DNA of 63,949 bases, counting the filler, from Limisphaerales bacterium (lineage in GTDB: Bacteria > Verrucomicrobiota > Verrucomicrobiia > Limisphaerales > SIBE01), in assembly GCA_044225505.1 (NCBI GenBank). It is 5 parts of 5 records of this genome, joined end to end, with 100 filler letters (N's around TTAATTAATTAA, not from the genome) between each part and the next. Parts side by side here need not be neighbours in the genome. Positions count along the whole stretch, not along the records: positions 1 to 27,898 come from JBGAIN010000106.1; positions 27,999 to 55,627 come from JBGAIN010000107.1; 3 more parts are not named here. The stretch is one strand, 5' to 3'. The number at the start of each line of letters is the position of its first letter. Position 1 is the first letter of the stretch. The notes beneath the pieces were generated by a model. That model made no database searches and was not told the DNA's origin. It worked only from the letters and a program-made list of their open reading frames with translations. The position numbers and the translations under genes are program-made. This document shows, in pieces, positions 20,508 to 29,818 of the stretch.

Positions 20508-21428
20508 ATGGTAAAACCTGCTTTAGGCCGTGGGCTCGGCGCCTTGCTTGGAGGTGGGCCCGCGACTGCAAAGAGTGGAGCGCCTTCGTCACCGGTGGCG
20601 CCATCGGCGGCGGCTCTCGGGGCTGACGGAGTCCGGCGGGTTCCCTTAACGCAAATTAAACCTTGCCCCTTTCAGCCGCGGAAAGATTTCGCTCCAGAGG
20701 CGCTCAAGGAACTGGCGGATTCCATCCGGGAACAAGGGATTGTTCAACCGCTGATTGTTCGCCAACGTGGGACGGAGTTTGAATTAATCGCGGGCGAAAG
20801 GCGCTGGCGGGCTGCGCAGTTGGTGGGACTGGATGAAATTCCGGTCTTGGTACGTGAAGCAGATGATCGTGCGGTTTTGGAGTTGGCGCTGATCGAAAAC
20901 TTGCAGCGTGAGAACCTTAACCCCCTGGAAGAGGCGCTCGGTTTCTCGCAGTTGATCCAGCAGTTCCAGTTGACGCAGGAAGAGGCTGCTCTCAGGGTGG
21001 GCAAGAGCCGGGCCGCTGTGGCCAATGCATTGCGTTTATTAAAGCTTCCGGACGGCGTTCAGTCGTTGGTGCGAGATGGCCGCCTCTCCGTGGGGCACGC
21101 CAAAGTCATCCTCGGTCTTGGGAGCCCGACCGATCAGCAAGCGGCGGCGGAACGGATTGTTCGCGGTGCGCTAAACGTTCGCCAAACCGAGGAGCTTGTC
21201 AGCCAGATCCAGGGCGTCGCGAGCGGGTTGCCATCAAAATCAGAGAAGCCAAACGTTGTCGCGATCCGCGACCCCCACGTCGCCTCGATCGAAGACCGCC
21301 TCAAGCAGCGTTTGGGGACAAAAGTCCAACTGCGCTATCGAGAAGGCAAGGGGAGCATTGAGATTCAGTTCTTCAGTGACCCCGAACTGGAACGTCTTCT
21401 GCAAATTCTGGGGGTACAGGTCGACTGA
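20508..21428 (+). CDS. parB: ParB/Spo0J chromosome partitioning protein
   Basis: ALGRGLGALL N-terminus, QPR, AGERRWRA, ENLQRENLNPLEEA and an HTH. Start at ATG 20508. Confidence 0.95.
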   Translation: MVKPALGRGLGALLGGGPATAKSGAPSSPVAPSAAALGADGVRRVPLTQIKPCPFQPRKDFAPEALKELADSIREQGIVQPLIVRQRGTEFELIAGERRWRAAQLVGLDEIPVLVREADDRAVLELALIENLQRENLNPLEEALGFSQLIQQFQLTQEEAALRVGKSRAAVANALRLLKLPDGVQSLVRDGRLSVGHAKVILGLGSPTDQQAAAERIVRGALNVRQTEELVSQIQGVASGLPSKSEKPNVVAIRDPHVASIEDRLKQRLGTKVQLRYREGKGSIEIQFFSDPELERLLQILGVQVD

Positions 21429-21514
21429 ATTAGGTATCGAAGCATTTCGATGGGGCGCGATTGAATCGAGAAAGGGAGATTGTCCAGTATCGTGGCGCAC
21501 GATAGGCTCTGAGT

Positions 21515-22090
21515 ATGGTTTTGCCGGTTGTAAAATACGGGCATCCCGTTCTGCGACAGAAAGGTGCTCGCATCGAACGTGTGACGCCGGAAGTGAAGGC
21601 GCTTATCGCTGACATGCTGGAAACGATGCGCTCGGCCCGAGGTGTCGGTCTGGCAGCTCAGCAAGTCGGGCATGCTTTGCAGTTGGCGGTGGTGGATGTT
21701 CGGGAAGTCACGGATCGACCCTCCACGTTGCATATCAATGACGATCCTATGGACATTGAAGCGTTCATGCCCGTGGTTCTGATCAATCCGCACGTAACAC
21801 CGTTGGCCGAGCCAGCGGTTGGCCCCGAGGGATGTCTGAGCTTTCCCGAAATCTATGCAGATATTGGCCGACCAGAGTCGGTGAATGTCACCGCGCTGAA
21901 TGCTAAAGGTCAAACCTTTACGTTTCGCTGTAGCGGACTGCTCGCGCGAGCTGTTCAACATGAAGTTGACCATCTGAACGGGATTCTCTTCATCGACCGA
22001 ATGACCGCGGCGAAGAAGAAAGAACTCAAGCCGGAGTTGGAGGAGTTACAATTACAAACCAAGTTGGAGCTCAAGAAACGAGGGGCTTAG
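21515..22090 (+). CDS. def: Peptide deformylase
   Basis: GVGLAAQQ, EGCLS and QHEVDHLNG motifs. Confidence 0.97.
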   Translation: MVLPVVKYGHPVLRQKGARIERVTPEVKALIADMLETMRSARGVGLAAQQVGHALQLAVVDVREVTDRPSTLHINDDPMDIEAFMPVVLINPHVTPLAEPAVGPEGCLSFPEIYADIGRPESVNVTALNAKGQTFTFRCSGLLARAVQHEVDHLNGILFIDRMTAAKKKELKPELEELQLQTKLELKKRGA

Positions 22091-22094
22091 GGTT

Positions 22095-22277
22095 CTAACG
22101 GTGGCGCCGCGATTTCGGCTTGCTAATGCTCGCCTTCCATTGGTCATACCGGACTCGATCCACTTCCAGTTCTTTCAGCTGGATGATCGGCTGTGATGAA
22201 ACATACGATCCTAACGAGTCTGGATTACCAACCGGATGCGGACAAAGCGCGGGGATGTTTACAATCGCTTTTGACAT
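22095..22277 (-). CDS. Putative 60-aa small protein
   Basis: ATG preceded by AAAGGAG about 11 nt upstream; lies in otherwise empty space, convergent with def. Confidence 0.45.
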   Translation of the reverse strand: MSKAIVNIPALCPHPVGNPDSLGSYVSSQPIIQLKELEVDRVRYDQWKASISKPKSRRHR

Positions 22278-22781
22278 GGTTTCAAGTGCTCCTTTCTACG
22301 ACACCGATATCCAAGTCCCAATCTGCCACACAACCCGTCCGGTCGTCGCCTGAAAACAGATTAGGCTGAGTCACTACTGCAGTCGGCTGCAAGATACACG
22401 AAAAGTTAACGGTGCGGCACCTGGATGCACTTAAAGCTCGGCCAGCTCCAAGCGATACCGCACCAGATCACTTTCGCCGCAAACGGTAGAGATGCAACCT
22501 GGAATCTCGCAAGATTGTGAGAACAGGGACTGTGCAACTTCACCGATCCCAGCGCCCACAGCCGCTTGAATGCGTAGAAACTATGATCCAGATTCCTCAG
22601 ACCACGTATGGTTTTTAGCTTCCATACGGCGTGCCTGCTCTCCGGCCCAAGAACCCTGGAGGGCTGCCACCCTCGGGCCGCGACGTGATCCGGCCTGAGG
22701 GTCTGCCAGGTAGCGGAAGTCTACGCCGCGCTTAGTTCTATTCCCATCAGGGTGGCCCCTGATTTTGTGGAGAGCAGCAGG

Positions 22782-24209
22782 TTATTTTGCGAGGACTTCC
22801 TGACAGGCACGCTGGAGCTTGGCCATGGAGGCGGCGGATTTAGCCTCGATATAACAGCGAATCAGCGGCTCCGTTCCACTCGCCCGAAAGGCGACCCACT
22901 CTTCTTTCGGCAGCAGGAACTTAAATCCGTCTGTGGTAATAAATTTCTCGACCTTGAATGGACCAATGTTCTCAAGTCCAGCGCTGAGTCGCTTGAGCAG
23001 CGCGTCTTTCTTCTCTGGTGGAACAGAAATGTTGATCCGCGTTGTATGGAATTCGCCGGTCTGCTTCGAGAGTGCCTGCAACACTCGACCGAGCGACTTA
23101 CGCTCGGTCGCCACCAGTTCTGCCATTAGCAAGCACGCTAAAATGCCGTCTTTTTCAGGAATGTGACCCTTGACGCTGAGTCCTCCGGATTCCTCGCCAC
23201 CTACAATGATCGGTTCACTCTCCATCAACGCTCCGATGTATTTGAAGCCTACGGGTGTTTCGTGAACTTTGACGCCAAGGACCTTGGCAATAGCGTCCAC
23301 CTGATGGCTGGTCGGCACGGTGCGGACGACCGCGCCGGTCCATCCGCGGTTCTTCTTCAGGTGATACAACGTCAGGGCTAAGATCTGGTTGGGCGTTAAC
23401 CAAGTTCCATCCTGATCGACGATTCCAAACCGATCGGCATCTCCGTCCAAGCCTAAGCCGAGATTGGCCTTGCCGCTCTTAATACAGGCACGGACTTCTT
23501 CCATACCTTCTGCATTCGGTTCCGGGTGATGACCCCCAAACAACGGATCGGGCCAATTGTGAAACACCGTCAGCTTAGCTCCGGCTTCACTGAGGAGCGT
23601 GTCCAAATATCCGCGACCCGTCCCGTACATGAGTTCTACGGCCACTTTGAGCTTGGCGCGACGAATGGTGTCGAAATCCACCAGCTTGTGCATCTGCTTG
23701 ACGTAAGCTGGGACCGGGTCAATCGTTTTGCACTGGAAAGTGCCTATGACCGACGATTTGGCGGTCCATCCTTTTTCGATTAGTTCCGCCACATTGCGCT
23801 CGATCTGTTTGGTGACTTCCGGCGGCGCAGGAGCTCCGTCGCAAGTTGAGAACTTCAAGCCCTGCCATTCCGCGGGATTGTGACTGGCGGTCATGTTTAT
23901 CCCGCCGAGCGCTTTGCGGTTGCGAATGGTATACCCGATGACAGGCGTGGGCGCGTCTCGCTCACAGAGCAAAGGAGTCAATCCTTGCTGGGTGAGGATT
24001 TCAGCGGCGGCCAAAGCAAATTCGCGTCCGAGAAAGCGAGTGTCATGTCCCAGAATGACGATCGGCTTCCGTCCGGCAATCTTAGAGTCCGGGTTTTGAA
24101 GTTCTCCTGTTAGGTACTGGCCAATCGCCTGCGTTGCCAGTCGCACCTTATCAAAAGTAAAGTCGCGAGCGATCAGGCCGCGCCAGCCTGAGGTGCCGAA
24201 TTTAATCAT
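22782..24209 (-). CDS. Phosphoglucomutase/phosphomannomutase
   Basis: FGTSGWRG, TASHNP, DGDADR, GEESGG and RASGTEP motifs. Confidence 0.95.
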   Translation of the reverse strand: MIKFGTSGWRGLIARDFTFDKVRLATQAIGQYLTGELQNPDSKIAGRKPIVILGHDTRFLGREFALAAAEILTQQGLTPLLCERDAPTPVIGYTIRNRKALGGINMTASHNPAEWQGLKFSTCDGAPAPPEVTKQIERNVAELIEKGWTAKSSVIGTFQCKTIDPVPAYVKQMHKLVDFDTIRRAKLKVAVELMYGTGRGYLDTLLSEAGAKLTVFHNWPDPLFGGHHPEPNAEGMEEVRACIKSGKANLGLGLDGDADRFGIVDQDGTWLTPNQILALTLYHLKKNRGWTGAVVRTVPTSHQVDAIAKVLGVKVHETPVGFKYIGALMESEPIIVGGEESGGLSVKGHIPEKDGILACLLMAELVATERKSLGRVLQALSKQTGEFHTTRINISVPPEKKDALLKRLSAGLENIGPFKVEKFITTDGFKFLLPKEEWVAFRASGTEPLIRCYIEAKSAASMAKLQRACQEVLAK

Positions 24210-24267
24210 AGAATTGAGGAATGAGCGAAGTTGACCATCCGTCGATGACGGTTCTAGCCAGGAAAGA

Positions 24268-24654
24268 TCACGTGTTCTGGTGCCAGTCGAACGCCCCTTT
24301 CTTCATGGCATAGACATAACCAATAAACAGAATCCCGAGGAAAGAAATCATCGAGCCGAAAATCATATTGGCGTTCTCGCGCAGCATCTCTTTGTAGATG
24401 ACGGCCCAAGGATAAAGGAAGACCACTTCGATATCGAAGAGGATGAACAACATGGCCACTAAGTAAAACTTTACGGAGAGCCGCGTGCTTCCCGCTCCGG
24501 TCGGCAGCATCCCGCATTCATACGGGATGTCTTTGGCCCCCGTGCGGCGCCCAACTTTTCCTACCGCTACAGAAAAGATGAGCATGCCAAAGGAGAAAAC
24601 CACCGCCAGCGTGGCTAGCATGAGGACAGGAGCATACTGCGATAACTGATCCAT
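24268..24654 (-). CDS. nuoA: NADH-quinone oxidoreductase subunit A
   Basis: PYECG, FYLVAMLFILFDIEVVFLYPWA and KKGAFDW motifs. Confidence 0.95.
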   Translation of the reverse strand: MDQLSQYAPVLMLATLAVVFSFGMLIFSVAVGKVGRRTGAKDIPYECGMLPTGAGSTRLSVKFYLVAMLFILFDIEVVFLYPWAVIYKEMLRENANMIFGSMISFLGILFIGYVYAMKKGAFDWHQNT

Positions 24655-24765
24655 GACGGTCTGACGCTAAAAACCAACAGGTCCCTTGGCAAGTCCAAAG
24701 GCCAACAACCGAGGGCCGATAAAGCGTGCTGGCACTGGTCTGCGGCCTCGCGCCGCCCGTCGAGA

Positions 24766-24993
24766 TCAATCGCGCGGTCGTCTGGAATGAACTTCAAATC
24801 CCTCGACGTGGCCTATGTCCAAGTGGGGTTTGAATCCGTTGGCTTCAACCAGCAGAAAGTCCCCGCTGCTTCGTGGGGGGATCCAGACGTATTCAGAGTG
24901 GTTGACGTCCAAGCTTTTACCCGAGACCGTGCGAACTGAAAACGGCCGGAATGGGGTCGCTTCCAGGTGCTCTCGCAGTTGCGCCAGCGTCAT
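24766..24993 (-). CDS. Small hypothetical protein (PFRPF family)
   Basis: MTLAQLREHLEATPFRPFSVRTVSGKSLDVNHSE resembles a small protein family I recall from PVC bacteria. Confidence 0.7.
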   Translation of the reverse strand: MTLAQLREHLEATPFRPFSVRTVSGKSLDVNHSEYVWIPPRSSGDFLLVEANGFKPHLDIGHVEGFEVHSRRPRD

Positions 24994-25041
24994 GAGGAAA
25001 CTATAGCGATTCATGCTGTTTTCGACAAGGCGCGAAAGGCT

Positions 25042-27192
25042 CTACCAGATTTTCACCCGTCGGTCGTTGGAAAGGCACATGGGACTTCCGGGCGCCATCT
25101 GGAACGCTTGGCAGAACGGCTCCAGGTTTGCCAGAGGGCCAACTGCCCGAAAACGCCCCGGAGAATGGGGGTCAACCGTGATGAGGCGCCGTTGCTCAGG
25201 TTCGCGAATATTGACCCGCCAGACTTGTGCCCAGGAGAGAAAGAAACGCTGTTCGGGGGTAAACCCGTCGATGGTTTTGCGTTTAGAAGGATCTTTGGCC
25301 AAGGCCCGTTGCAGGGCGTCAAAAGCGATGGTGGCTCCACCCAGATCGGCGATGTTTTCGCCTAACGTCAACTTCCCGTTCACGTGCAGCCCAGGCAGCG
25401 GTTCGTAGGCGTTGTATTGATCGACCAACTGCTGAGCGCGAGCGTCGAATGCTTTGGCGTCGGCTTCCGTCCACCACTCGTTGAGGTTCCCGTCGGCGTC
25501 GAACTTGCGTCCTTCGTCATCGTAGCCATGAGTGATTTCGTGGCCAATGACAGCACCGATTCCGCCGTAGTTGACCGCGTCATCCATGCTAAGATCGAAG
25601 AACGGGGGTTGAAGGATTCCGGCAGGAAACACGATTTCATTTTGGAGCGGATTGAAATACGCATTGACGGTTCCAGGCGTCATGTGCCACTCCGTTTTGT
25701 CAACCGGCCGGGCGATGCGCACGAGCTGCCGGTGCGTCTCAAACGCGGCAGCCCGTCGGGCGTTGCCCAGGTAGTCGTCGGGCCGGATATCAAGTGCGGA
25801 GTAATCGCGGAACTTGTCCGGATGCCCGATTTTCTGCGTGAAGCGTTCGAATTTGGCCAGGGCTTTGACTTTGGTGGCATCGGTCATCCAATCCAGCTTC
25901 TGTAGTCTTTCTCGAAAGACGATCTTGAGATTCTCCACGAGGGATTGCATGCGCGCTTTAGCTTCCGGTGGAAAATGGCGTTGCACATATAACTGGCCCA
26001 AGGCTTCCCCGATCGTTCGATCAATGGTTTTGGCAGCGCGCTTCCAACGAGGCTCCTGTTCTTCTTGCCCACTTAGGATCTTGCCGAAGAACGCGAAGTT
26101 CTCCTGTTCGACGGCACTGTGCAGATAGGGAGCACTGCTGTGGAGAAGGTGCCATCGGAGATAGGTTTTCCAGTCGGACAACGGCCGCTCTGCAAGAAGT
26201 TTATCCAACGATCCGAAGAACTCCGGCTGTCCGACAATTTGGTAGGGAAGCTCCGCTAACACCGGTCGCGCCGGGGTAGGTTCCGTTGGCGCGTTGTTCG
26301 GGGCCGCGACCGCCTTCAAACCCGCTTCCGTGAAGTAGGCTGACCAGGCCAAATGTGGCGTTATTTTGGCGAGTTCAGCCGCGCCTAATTTGTTGTAATT
26401 CTTGTTCGGATCCCGCAGCTCGACCCGAGTTCGACTGGCTCTGGCCAAGGCCGTTTCAATATCGAGGACGGTGATGGCATGAACGTCTGCCTCGCCTTTC
26501 GGTTCACCGAGCAGGACAAACATTCTAGAGACGTGTGCGCGATAAGCATCTCGTTGGGCGGCAAAATTCTCTTTCAAGTAATAATCGCGGTCCGGCAAGG
26601 CCAGCCCGCCCTGCGAAAGCTCAAAAGCGTAGATGGCACTGTTCTTCGCGTCAGGCGAGACCGCTTCGTCAAAAAAGCCACCGACCCCTCGTTCATGCAG
26701 GGATGCTATCGTCGCGCAGAGTTCGCGAATCGATTGAACCGACTCAATCCGAGCCAAATCATCCGCAATGGGCTTAAATTGCAATTGCTCGATGCGAGCG
26801 GTATCCATCGCGGACCGGAAAAAATCTCCCACCTGTCGTTCTGGCCCGGTGGGACGGGTGTCGCTATTGGCGGCCATTTCTACGAGGATGGCGTGGGTCA
26901 AGAACCAGTTGCGCTCGGCCAGTTCGCTAAACGCGGCCCACCGGGCTTTGTCAGCTGGAATGGGATTGTTCGTCGCCCATTTCCCATTGGCAAATCGATA
27001 GAAGTCGCGTCCTGGTTCGGCAGAAAGATCCATGTAATCGAGCGAGAACGCCGGGACTCGGGGTGGGGTCCCAAGCGGATCGGCGCTTGCGGCCATCGTC
27101 CGGGTTGGGCTGGCCAGGCCTATTGCAAGGGTTGCGGCCGTGCACAAAAGGCCCGGGTGGCGGAAGCGATGGCTGGCTTGTTGGAAATTCAT
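25042..27192 (-). CDS. M13-family metallopeptidase (PepO/neprilysin-like)
   Basis: VNAYF, HEITH, GENIADLGG and DPHSP motifs; signal peptide. Start approximate. Confidence 0.95.
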   Translation of the reverse strand: MNFQQASHRFRHPGLLCTAATLAIGLASPTRTMAASADPLGTPPRVPAFSLDYMDLSAEPGRDFYRFANGKWATNNPIPADKARWAAFSELAERNWFLTHAILVEMAANSDTRPTGPERQVGDFFRSAMDTARIEQLQFKPIADDLARIESVQSIRELCATIASLHERGVGGFFDEAVSPDAKNSAIYAFELSQGGLALPDRDYYLKENFAAQRDAYRAHVSRMFVLLGEPKGEADVHAITVLDIETALARASRTRVELRDPNKNYNKLGAAELAKITPHLAWSAYFTEAGLKAVAAPNNAPTEPTPARPVLAELPYQIVGQPEFFGSLDKLLAERPLSDWKTYLRWHLLHSSAPYLHSAVEQENFAFFGKILSGQEEQEPRWKRAAKTIDRTIGEALGQLYVQRHFPPEAKARMQSLVENLKIVFRERLQKLDWMTDATKVKALAKFERFTQKIGHPDKFRDYSALDIRPDDYLGNARRAAAFETHRQLVRIARPVDKTEWHMTPGTVNAYFNPLQNEIVFPAGILQPPFFDLSMDDAVNYGGIGAVIGHEITHGYDDEGRKFDADGNLNEWWTEADAKAFDARAQQLVDQYNAYEPLPGLHVNGKLTLGENIADLGGATIAFDALQRALAKDPSKRKTIDGFTPEQRFFLSWAQVWRVNIREPEQRRLITVDPHSPGRFRAVGPLANLEPFCQAFQMAPGSPMCLSNDRRVKIW

Positions 27193-27448
27193 GCGTTGAA
27201 ATTGACAGAGAGCGCGCGGATACCGCAATTCCGAATTTGAGCGGGAAGGTGTTGCAGCCCGCCTTTCGACTTGTCTCAGACCTACGTGACCGTGGTCAGG
27301 AGAGAAACCTTTCAGAGAATCACTGGTTTCTGACGGTTTCGCGACCGTGCTGACCGAGTTGCCAAGTCATGCACCTCCATATTCAATAATTCGACGAGCT
27401 CGGGACGAGAATGACTGAGTTGCTGATCCGTTGGCATTTGGCCTGGCG

Positions 27449-27898
27449 TCACTTGGCTTTGATCTGAGTCCAGAGGTCGTCCCAGAGTTTGGTGTTTTCG
27501 CCGAGATCTATGGCGTACTCAAGCTGCTGGACCAGCTCGGGCGGCGGATAGATTGCGGTATTCTGGCGGTCTGCGGGATTGATGAACTCCATGGAAGCGC
27601 GATTCGGCGTGCCGAATTGGTTGAAGTTCGAAAGTTGCGCGCCCACTTTGGCGTCGAGGATATAATTGATAAATTTTTCCGCGAGGTCGCGGTTCGGCGC
27701 TTGAGCGGGTATGCTTAGAATATCCACGAAGATTTCACCTCCTTCGCGCGGGACGAAATACTCCGTTTCCGGATCTTCGGTGACTCCGCGCACTGCGTCA
27801 CCGTTCACCACAAAGGCCATGCGCACACCTCTGGACAGGACGCGATTCTTTCCAGGAACGGTCGCTTCAAAGCCGAGCGAGCGCTTCTTCGCTTCCAC
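27449..27898 (-). CDS. Spermidine/putrescine ABC substrate-binding protein (PotD/PotF-like), C-terminal part only
   Basis: PREGG..FVD...IP..APN..LAEKFINYILD...IYPP...WTQIK. The 5' part is cut by the contig end. Confidence 0.85.
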   Translation of the reverse strand: MEAKKRSLGFEATVPGKNRVLSRGVRMAFVVNGDAVRGVTEDPETEYFVPREGGEIFVDILSIPAQAPNRDLAEKFINYILDAKVGAQLSNFNQFGTPNRASMEFINPADRQNTAIYPPPELVQQLEYAIDLGENTKLWDDLWTQIKAK

Positions 27899-27998
27899 NN
27901 NNNNNNNNNNNNNNNNNNNNNNNNNNNNNNNNNNNNNNNNNNTTAATTAATTAANNNNNNNNNNNNNNNNNNNNNNNNNNNNNNNNNNNNNNNNNNNN
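27899..27998. other. Synthetic contig linker
   Basis: 44 N, TTAATTAATTAA (stop codons in all six frames), 44 N. Confidence 0.97.
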
Positions 27999-28015
27999 TG
28001 TCTACTCTGTAGCCC

Positions 28016-29641
28016 GTGTTCGTCCAAGCCACGACTTCATCGCGCAAGAACGGCAAAACCTATGTCTCTTACCTAGTCCGGGAGTCCTTCCGCACCCCGG
28101 ATGGCCCTCGCTCCCGCACGATCTGCAACATCACCGATCTGCCCCCCGCCACGCGCGATCTGATCATCGGCTCTCTCAAAGGGCAGGATTTCCTGCCTGC
28201 GGAGCAGGTTCAGTTGCATGAGGCTCTGGATTATGGCGGCTTGGCCGTTCTGAACGACGCTTGGTCGCGGTTCCGGTTGGACGAACTGTTCACCGGCATT
28301 GGCTCTCCTCGCCAACGAGGCTTGCTCCGGTCTGTGATCTATAGCCGTCTGCTCTTTCCCTGCGCCAAACTGTCTGTGGCGCAGAAAGCCGCGGGCACCT
28401 GGTTAGCTCCAGCTTGCGGCTTGAAAGCCGATGAATCCTTCGACGAAGACGATATCTACGCCGCCATGGACCAGCTCAATGGCCATTGGGTCCATTTGGA
28501 GAAAGCGCTTTATCAACGGGCCTTTCCCCAAGCGGTGCGTCTGGTCCTCTACGATCTGACCAGCGTCTATTTCGAAGGCGCTGGGCCGGAGCACCTGGCT
28601 CAATACGGCCATAGCCGAGATCACCGCAGGGATCGGCCGCAAATCATCCTGGCGGTGGCGACGGACACCGAGGGCCTGCCTTTGCATGTGTCAGTTTTGC
28701 GCGGCAACCGCAATGATACGCAGACGCTCCAAGGATTATTGCACACGTTGCGTCGGCGTTTTGGAATCCAGGAAGCTACTTTCGTGTTTGATGGCGGGAT
28801 GAGCAGCCAGATCAATCTGGAGGCGATGGACGCAGCGGGGCTGGGGTACGTGACTCGGCTTTCGGCAGTTACCTTGCACAGCCTGGTGGAGGAACTGGGC
28901 TTGGAAAAGCAGCTCGAATTGGGCGACCGCCAAAAGCTCATGGAGATCACCCACGAGGGCAAACGCTACGTGGTGGCCGGTGGCCAATGGCGTCAGCAAC
29001 GGGATCGCGAGCGCCGCCAAAGCAGGATCGACAAAGCCGAAACGGAGTTAAGACGCTTGGCGGTGGTTAAGCGCCAGAAAGTGGACGGGCAAAAACTGGC
29101 CAGCCAGGTGGGACGGACTCTGCAACGACTCAAGGCGCACAAATATTTTAGCTACAGCGTCGATGGGCAAGGGAAGTTGATCTGGGAGCGCAAAGGGGAA
29201 TTGATCGCCCAAGAGGCCCAGCAAGACGGTTGGTACTTGCTGCACACCAACCAAACGGCGCAGCAATGTCCCACCGAGCAGGTCTTGGGTCACTATAAGG
29301 GACTCCTGGATGTGGAAGAGGCTTTCTGCGAACTCAAGAGTTACCTGGAAGTCCGGCCTATTTTTCACCGGCGCCCCGACCGGGTGATCAATCATGTGCG
29401 CCTCTGTTTTCTGGCCTATTGGCTGAGCGCGCGTTTAGGAGGAGAATGGCGCGCCAAAGGCGAAACGGCGGAAGTTCCCCGAGTGCTCCGCCACCTGCAG
29501 ACCATTCGCTTGGGCCGACTGCAAATGGGCTCCAAGGTCCACCAGACCATCCTCACCCAAGTGCCCACCGATCTGAACGAGCAACTCCGGAAACTCGGCT
29601 TGGCTTCCTTGTTCGCCTCGCCGCCAAAACAGTCATTGTAG
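28016..29641 (+). CDS. IS1634-family DDE transposase
   Basis: YDLTSVYFEG (D), YGHSRDHR..RPQI, FDGG (D), VEEAFCELKS..VRPIFH (E) and HVRLCFLAY motifs. Confidence 0.92.
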   Translation: MFVQATTSSRKNGKTYVSYLVRESFRTPDGPRSRTICNITDLPPATRDLIIGSLKGQDFLPAEQVQLHEALDYGGLAVLNDAWSRFRLDELFTGIGSPRQRGLLRSVIYSRLLFPCAKLSVAQKAAGTWLAPACGLKADESFDEDDIYAAMDQLNGHWVHLEKALYQRAFPQAVRLVLYDLTSVYFEGAGPEHLAQYGHSRDHRRDRPQIILAVATDTEGLPLHVSVLRGNRNDTQTLQGLLHTLRRRFGIQEATFVFDGGMSSQINLEAMDAAGLGYVTRLSAVTLHSLVEELGLEKQLELGDRQKLMEITHEGKRYVVAGGQWRQQRDRERRQSRIDKAETELRRLAVVKRQKVDGQKLASQVGRTLQRLKAHKYFSYSVDGQGKLIWERKGELIAQEAQQDGWYLLHTNQTAQQCPTEQVLGHYKGLLDVEEAFCELKSYLEVRPIFHRRPDRVINHVRLCFLAYWLSARLGGEWRAKGETAEVPRVLRHLQTIRLGRLQMGSKVHQTILTQVPTDLNEQLRKLGLASLFASPPKQSL

Positions 29642-29684
29642 CCCGATCAAATCGAGAAATTGTAGCCCGATCAAATCGAGAAAT
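29636..29684 (+). repeat. Perfect 24-bp tandem duplication
   Basis: TTGTAGCCCGATCAAATCGAGAAA occurs twice, overlapping the transposase stop codon. Confidence 0.95.
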
Positions 29685-29818
29685 CCTCGGTTTTGTTGGG
29701 CTTTTTATCCCACTGAGGAGGAAGTCAGGCTAGCCATCGATAGTGGAGGTCACACCGATCGTACGATCGGCATTTGCTCGTGGAGAACTGGCGCTGGAAA
29801 TCGCTCGAGTCCCACCAC

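Larger units (their letters stand above)
27999..29729 (+). mobile_element. IS1634-family insertion sequence; left end lost in the gap
   Basis: Intact transposase followed by a terminus ending AAGTCAGG at 29729. Confidence 0.8.

Noticed and set aside
20508..21428. parB as a plasmid or prophage marker, or a nearby parS site
   Set aside because: It is a chromosomal Spo0J-type protein among housekeeping genes. I saw no parA and no TGTTTCACGTGAAACA-like palindrome.
27899..27998. TTAATTAATTAA flanked by N runs, occurring four times (also at 55628, 58553 and 61450)
   Set aside because: An identical 100-nt synthetic spacer with stops in all six frames. It is not biological, and gene neighbourhoods across it are meaningless.
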